Below, one piece after another: positions 58,016 through 64,000 of a stretch of 64,000 bases of DNA. Positions within the stretch are counted from its first letter, which is position 1, and each line of letters begins with the position of its first letter. Under the pieces are notes generated by a model. That model was not told where the DNA came from. It worked only from the letters and a program-made list of their open reading frames with translations, and did no database searches. The DNA is from Octopus sinensis (Eukaryota). The stretch is from assembly GCF_006345805.1 (NCBI RefSeq), contig NC_042998.1:29016001-29080000 (forward strand). The letters run 5' to 3'. The position numbers were made by a program, and so were the translations under genes.

Positions 58016-58786
58016 ATAAAAATGTATCATACTCTAGCAGTAGAGAGAACCTTTCAAAGAGTTAGACCCAAGAAGACCTGGGATGAGGTGTTGAAGCACA
58101 ACCTTTGAACACTGGGCCTCACCAAGGTGATGACAAGTGACCGAGGCCTTTGGAGATACGCTGTGTTTGTGAAGACCTGACAAGCCAAGTGAGACCATAA
58201 CTGTGGCCTATGCCAGAGCAGCATAACCAGCCTATTTAAGAGTACCCTTCAATCATTAGGTAATAAACTGCGCTTGCGAAGACCTGTTGAGTCAAGTGAA
58301 GTCATTGTCATGGCCGATGACAGTACTCACTGATTGGCACCTGTGCCAGTGGCAGATAAAAAGCACCAGTTGAGCATGGTCAATGCCAGTGCTGCCTGAC
58401 TGGTCCCATGCTGATGACATGTAAAAAGCACCATTTGTGCTTGGTCAATGCCAGTGCTGGCTTACTTGTCCTGTGCTGGTGGCACATAAAAAGCACCATT
58501 CAAGTGTGGTTGCTGCTAGTACCACCTGAGTAGCTCCTGTGCCAGTGACATGTAAAAAGCACCATTCAAACATGGCTGATGCCAGTACCGCCTGATTGTC
58601 CCTCATGCTGGTGGCACATAAAAAGACCCCACTACACTCACAGGGTGGTTGGTGTTAGGAAGGGCATCCAGCTGTAGAAACCTTGCCAGACCAGAAGTGG
58701 AGCCTGGTGCAGCCTCCTGGCTTGCCAATCCTCAGTGAAACAATCCAACTCAATGCCAGCATGGAAAACAGACATTAAACAATGAT
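58016..58786 (+). mobile_element. 5'-truncated RTE-type LINE with ~60-65-bp tandem repeats in its 3' UTR
   Basis: Encodes RPKKTWDEVLKHNL*TLGLTKVMTSDRGLWRYAV; aaaagcacca-type anchor recurs about 5 times in 58330-58630; ends gacattaaacaatgat. Confidence 0.88.
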
Positions 58787-59638
58787 AAAAATGAAATGAA
58801 TCCAAATTCATTTCTGAAATACCTTACATCAGTATTTTGCTTTTTTTTTTCTCCATGTATGCATAAACATACAGACAACAATATTTTCATTAACATTATT
58901 TTCATTTGTATATCTTATTCTTCCTATCTTTAATTAAATTTCTCTCTCTCTCTCTGTGTATTTCTGTACTTGTTGAAACAGCCAATTACATTTTATTTAT
59001 GCCATATTATATATTATTTTAAATACATAACTCGTGATTCTATAACATAAGAGTGAGAAAAAAGTGATAACAAAATTAATATGGAGATTGTTGACATATT
59101 TCCCAACAAGCAATCTAGTATTGAAAATTAATCACAGTATAATTTTTGAAAATATTGCCATTTATATGGTATCTTCTTCCAATGGCTGTTTATTGGCCTC
59201 TTGCCTATGTGTTCTTATTTCCATAGCCTTACCAAATGCACTTCTGTTGCAAATTCTTCTCTCTCTAATTATATCCTTTTATGCTGATATATTTCCACAT
59301 TAATATTTTGTTTCTGTAATTTTGCAGTCCTTTGGGACTTTACAAGCTGTTTACTTTTAGAAACAAAAATGTCCTATGCAATTTTATAAGTATTCCTTCA
59401 GAACCTTCAGTTTCTGAACCCAATCAAATTCATTTAACACTGAGGCATAACATTGATATGCAATGGAGAGAATTTACCAAGTTTATAACATATATGTATA
59501 TAATTTTTATTATTTCGTTGTTAAAGATATTATTCTTATTTATATATGCATAGAGTCCTGCTTACGCACACATATATAATACAAAACATTATATATAATA
59601 CAATACATACATTATATATATATATGTATGTATGTAGA

Positions 59639-59815
59639 TAAATTAGAAAAGAACCACCATTTAGCAATTCAACAATGATATAGAAAAAATTAGATATATG
59701 ATAAAACATATGCCTATAATTAATTAAAGTACAAAATAATAAATAAATAGTATATAATTGGTAAATTGAATTTTTCCCTTTAAGTTTGGAATAATATTCT
59801 CTAATATTATTATCA
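59639..59815. mobile_element. Repeat family J in inverted (antisense+sense) arrangement
   Basis: 59639-59763 aligns loosely to 22663-22820; 59764-59815 is the reverse complement of 22553-22600. Confidence 0.7.
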
Positions 59816-59854
59816 TTATATATATATGTAAAACATTGATATATATATATTTTA

Positions 59855-60210
59855 TATTCTTTTACTTCTTTCAGTCATTTGACTGTGGCCATGCTGAAGC
59901 ACTGCCTTTTAGTCATGCAAATCGACCCCAGGTCTTATTGTTTGTAAGCCTAGTACTTATTCTATCAGCCTCTTTTGCTGAACCACTAAGTTACAGGGAC
60001 ATAAACACATCATCAGCATCTGTCAAGCGATGTTGGAGGGACAAACACAGACACGCAAACATATACACACATATATACGATGGGCTTCTTTCAGTTTCCA
60101 CCTACCAAATCTACCAACAAGGCTTTGGTCAGCCCAATGCTATAATAGAAGACGGTTGCCCAAGGTGCCACACAGTAGCACTGAACCCGGGATCATGTGG
60201 CCACTCCTGA
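59855..60210 (-). mobile_element. SINE family A
   Basis: gactgtggccatgctgaagcac...ggacaaacacagacac...caaggtgccacacagt. Confidence 0.85.
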
Positions 60211-60226
60211 GCACACACACACACAC

Positions 60227-60291
<65 letters not shown>

Positions 60292-60462
60292 CATACATGT
60301 GTGTGGCTTTATAATAATTTTGGCTTTATGACTACTGAAGGAAGCTTACATATCTGGCAACACAAAGTATTACAATTACAGCTTATTTGCCTCTCATTCA
60401 GTTTTCAAGTAATCATTGTTACACATGCTCTTATGGTCAACCTGTTTATATAGCAATTGTTA

Positions 60463-60571
60463 TACATTATTTACATTTGACGGATATTTGTCCTCACTAC
60501 GGACATATGGCATAGTGGTTAAGAGGGTAGGCTACTAACCCCAAGATTCTGAGTTCGATTCCAGACAGTAA

Positions 60572-60607
<36 letters not shown>

Positions 60608-60785
60608 CAATAACATTGAAAAATACCTTAGGAATGAGAACCCAGGTTCGAAATTTCCTCAAGACACCTGATGAAGGCTGGAGAGTATATCAGCCGAAAC
60701 GTTGTGTTAACAACAAAAAAGATGAGGATAAATATCTGTCAATTGTAAATGATGTACATAATTCCTCATCTCTTAAATATAGAAC
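60463..60785 (+). mobile_element. Family H hammerhead-SINE, complete, with inverted 5' stub and 11-bp TSD
   Basis: TSD agcaattgtta at 60452-60462 and 60786-60796; inverted tail stub 60463-60496; A box TGGCATAGTGG 60508-60518; B box GAGTTCGATTCC 60551-60562; (aat)n; hammerhead motif; tail. Confidence 0.9.
60663..60708 (+). ncRNA. Minimal type-I hammerhead ribozyme motif (predicted dimer-dependent)
   Basis: gacac-CTGATGA-a-ggctg-(10 nt)-cagcc-GAAA-CG-TT-gtgtt: stem I gacac/gtgtt, stem II ggctg/cagcc, stem III reduced to the palindrome ACGT, predicted cut after 60703 (GUU). Confidence 0.72.
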
Positions 60786-61122
60786 AGCAATTGTTACCTT
60801 GAATAAAATCTCTTGGTGATGTAGAGTTGGTAATTGTGCAAGAAAAATATAAGCACTTGAGGTCGTATGAATCAACTGACTCGATGTTGTAAGACTTATG
60901 CCAAATTATTTTAGATTTTACAGCACCAGATGGAATATAGAGTTCTAGTGACCAAAATCTCATAGTTTCTATTCAGTTTTGATACAGTCTAAAACATACA
61001 TAAATGTGTGGGTGCGTGTGTGTATATAAATCAACTTCATCATCCTAATTTCTTTCATGCTCTGTTTTCATAGTTTGGATTATACTTTCCCTACTCCATG
61101 TACACACACATCATATCTATAT

Positions 61123-61167
<45 letters not shown>

Positions 61168-61169
<2 letters not shown>

Positions 61170-62437
61170 ATGTCATTAAGAATGAAATGTCCGATTTTGA
61201 ACTGAAAGTTTATTTTACTTTATCTCAACAAAAAGCAATGGAGATAATCAAAGTATGCACCTAGATTATCAACACAATTTTGCCATTTTATCAGAAGCTC
61301 ATTTATGTTGGCATCAAAGAGGTCTGGAGAGCAAAAGGTGAGGAAATCCCGAAAGGCTGTTTTTGCATCTTCTTCAGATTCGAAGTTTTTACCTTGCAAA
61401 AGTTGTCTAATACCTGGAAAACATGATTGTCATCCTCCATATTCACCAGACGTTGCACCGACTGACTGAGTCATTCCAAGTTCCGTTTCTGTAACTTGAG
61501 TAGCGTTCTTTGTGAAACATGTGGTCGAGCATTATCTCGTTGGAGAATTGGCCTATCGCTATTGACCAATCTCGGTTGTTTAATTGCGAGTTCACTCATC
61601 ATTTTCATCCAGTTGGTTGAGGTATACATTCGCTGTAATTGACTTACCAGGTCTCATGAAGCTGTAGTGGATGACACCAGTGCTGGACCACTAAACTCAC
61701 CCCATTAGCTTTTTCTGGTGAATATTCTTTTTGGGATTGTGTTGTTTCACTTCATCTCAATCCAACCACTGTGCAGAATGCTTGCTATTGTTGAAACGAA
61801 CCCATTTTTCATTACACGTAACAATACGATGCAAAAATGGCTCATGTTTACGTTTTGACAGCAAAGAACAGCAAGTTTCAAGACGACGTGCCATTTGATG
61901 CTCGTTCAGTTCGTGTTACTCACTTGTCCACTGTCCACTTGTTCGCTGATTTGTTTCAGAATGTCTAATAGAGTTGGAATCGAAACATCAAACCTTGTTG
62001 CTAAATCATATGTAGTTCGAGATGTATCCACTTCCGTTACAGTTTCCAGCTCATCATCCACTTTGGTCTCAGGTCTACCATGGGGCTGATTTTCAAGATT
62101 AAAGTCACCAGACCGGAACTTCTCAAACCATTGGCATACAGTGTGCTCATTTGCCACATCTTCACTAAATACCTCAATCAAGCTGTCTGAGAAGTATTTG
62201 TTCCATGACGGAACTTGTATAAATAACATCAATTTTTGATCTCCCCATGGGTTCACAAAAATTGATTTACAACAGAAAACTCGCAATATAATCAGAACCA
62301 TGAATTGCATTTCGAAAAGTGATGATGGAACTCTTCAATGTTGTAAAACAAAGAATTCTCATGATAAAAACATCAGAGTTAACGACTGTCAAACTTGGTG
62401 CATAAGAAAATCGGACATTTCATTCCTAATAACCTTA
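61168..62437 (-). mobile_element. Decayed full-length mariner transposon (~1.27 kb)
   Basis: TIRs atta(a/g)gaatgaaatgtccgatttt at ~61168-61198 and 62407-62436; transposase remnants WFEKFRSGDFNLEN..GRP, RIVTCNEKW (catalytic D changed to N), DNARPH, HPPYSPDVAPTD; stops and frameshifts. Confidence 0.93.
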
Positions 62438-62469
62438 AATATATATATATATATATACAATGTATAAGT

Positions 62470-62765
62470 GAGGGCATATGACTTGGTGGTTAGAGTGTTG
62501 CACTTGTGATCTAGTGATCATGAGTTCAATTCCCAGACTGGGTGGTGTGTCATGTTCTTGAGTAAATCACTTCATCTTGCATTGCTCTGCAACCACTTTG
62601 ACACCTGACACGTGGTACACCGTGAACTTGTTCAGATAATGTTGATTTCATGGAAGAAGTGAGCTAAAGTGTGGCATGAACGTTTGATCACTATAAACAA
62701 AACATTTGTTCCGTTTGTTTGGCAAAAAGCTGAATGCTTCTATGTCACCTTTGATAGGAGAGTCT
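62470..62765 (+). mobile_element. Older tRNA-derived CORE-like SINE
   Basis: tgacttggtggttagag, gagttcaattccc, gttcttgagtaaatcacttcat. Confidence 0.7.
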
Positions 62766-64000
62766 ATCATACACACACACACACACACATACATGCACTT
62801 GGAGTTACAAACCAAAGAATACCATGTAAGAAATTTTCTTTAGAAACAGCTAAAATTTCACCCCGTTGCTACTCAAATTCTACTCACTACAAGCTATTGT
62901 TCAGACATAGCAACATGAATCATCAGCTGTTTCGAAATGTGTGCATGTATATATGTATGTATATGCAGAAATGCTATATTTGCTGTTACTCAGTTGAACA
63001 ATATTGTTTTTTTTAATTACATTTATTTATTTAAAATTTTCTTTACAACAAATACATTTCTAATGAAAAACCATCATAATGGCATTTGTTGTTGCCTTCT
63101 ATGTATTTTATTATTGATTTAATTCAATGCTTGTAAACTCATACATACAAAGTTGTTTGTTATGGTGTTTGATTTGCTAAGAAAATATGTGCATGTGTGT
63201 AGCAAATTATTTTTGGCAATGAAAAGTAGGTGAACATCTGTGAAACTTTTACTATCAAATAACACAAGGTCTTTCCTAATTTTACCTGCAATCAGCTATA
63301 TCCTCAACTCAGAATACAGCTCAAGAGATGTCTTTAAAATAATGTAACAAAATTGGTCATCATTCTGTACTTTGATATTTTTCAAGATAATTTTATTAAT
63401 TTTTGTAAGTAAAATTGAGCAGTGTTTATTAAGAAAAGATTTATAAGTAGACAGCTGTGAGTTAAGCATAACTAAAATTATGAGGGAGTTTTACAATATA
63501 TATTAAATAACTGAATATTCTTTAGAAATTTTTTAAAGGCAATATGAACATTTTGATTTAGAAGTAGTTTTGCTTTTCTTTGTATCATGTATTAATATTT
63601 GAGAAAAGTTCAATATCAAATAATCATTATGTATTAGGTGGTTTAAGTTGTGATAGCACAACAATGGAAACTTAGTTAAAACCAATTCAATTGTAGTAAA
63701 ATAAACTAACTGAATATCTTAACTGGGTTATGACTGGAAATTATTTATATTAGAGTGATTATTCTAAAAATTTGCTTTCGATAAAAAATTTTTTAAAAAA
63801 CTTGATGTTAGTATTTTACCACAACCAATTATTCTCAAATGTATTTGCACGAAATATTCAGATTGTACTTCAGTAACTATTTTTATCATTTATGCAATCG
63901 TACAAACACTCCACTTCTATCTTATACAGAGGCAGCCACTTCAACTGCTCTATCGCAAATGTTTGTCAAAGAATATATATCACTCATGAATTTTTTTTTT

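Noticed and set aside
58300-58640. Regularly spaced repeats resembling a CRISPR array
   Set aside because: Eukaryotic context; the units are degenerate whole-unit tandem repeats in a LINE 3' UTR with no unique spacers

Overview
Very AT-rich, repeat-dense eukaryotic DNA, almost certainly from an octopus (coleoid cephalopod). The only convincing host coding sequence is one internal exon of complexin/synaphin (6109-6247, +), with a candidate short terminal exon at 8541-8551. Nearly all ORF-track entries are translations of (TA)n/(TATG)n/(CA)n microsatellites or SINEs. The rest is intron, UTR or intergenic DNA containing several tRNA-derived SINE families, RTE- and CR1-type LINE fragments, piggyBac/hAT/fold-back MITEs, a decayed mariner and a ~3.2 kb TA microsatellite. 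The most interesting signal is a set of short non-coding repeats carrying minimal type-I hammerhead ribozyme motifs that insert as Penelope-style inverted (antisense-then-sense) structures. One family joins a tRNA-derived Pol III head to a hammerhead-bearing tail and has clean target-site duplications, suggesting a Penelope-mobilised, self-cleaving SINE. All calls were made by eye with no database search; repeat boundaries are approximate and family letters are my own labels.
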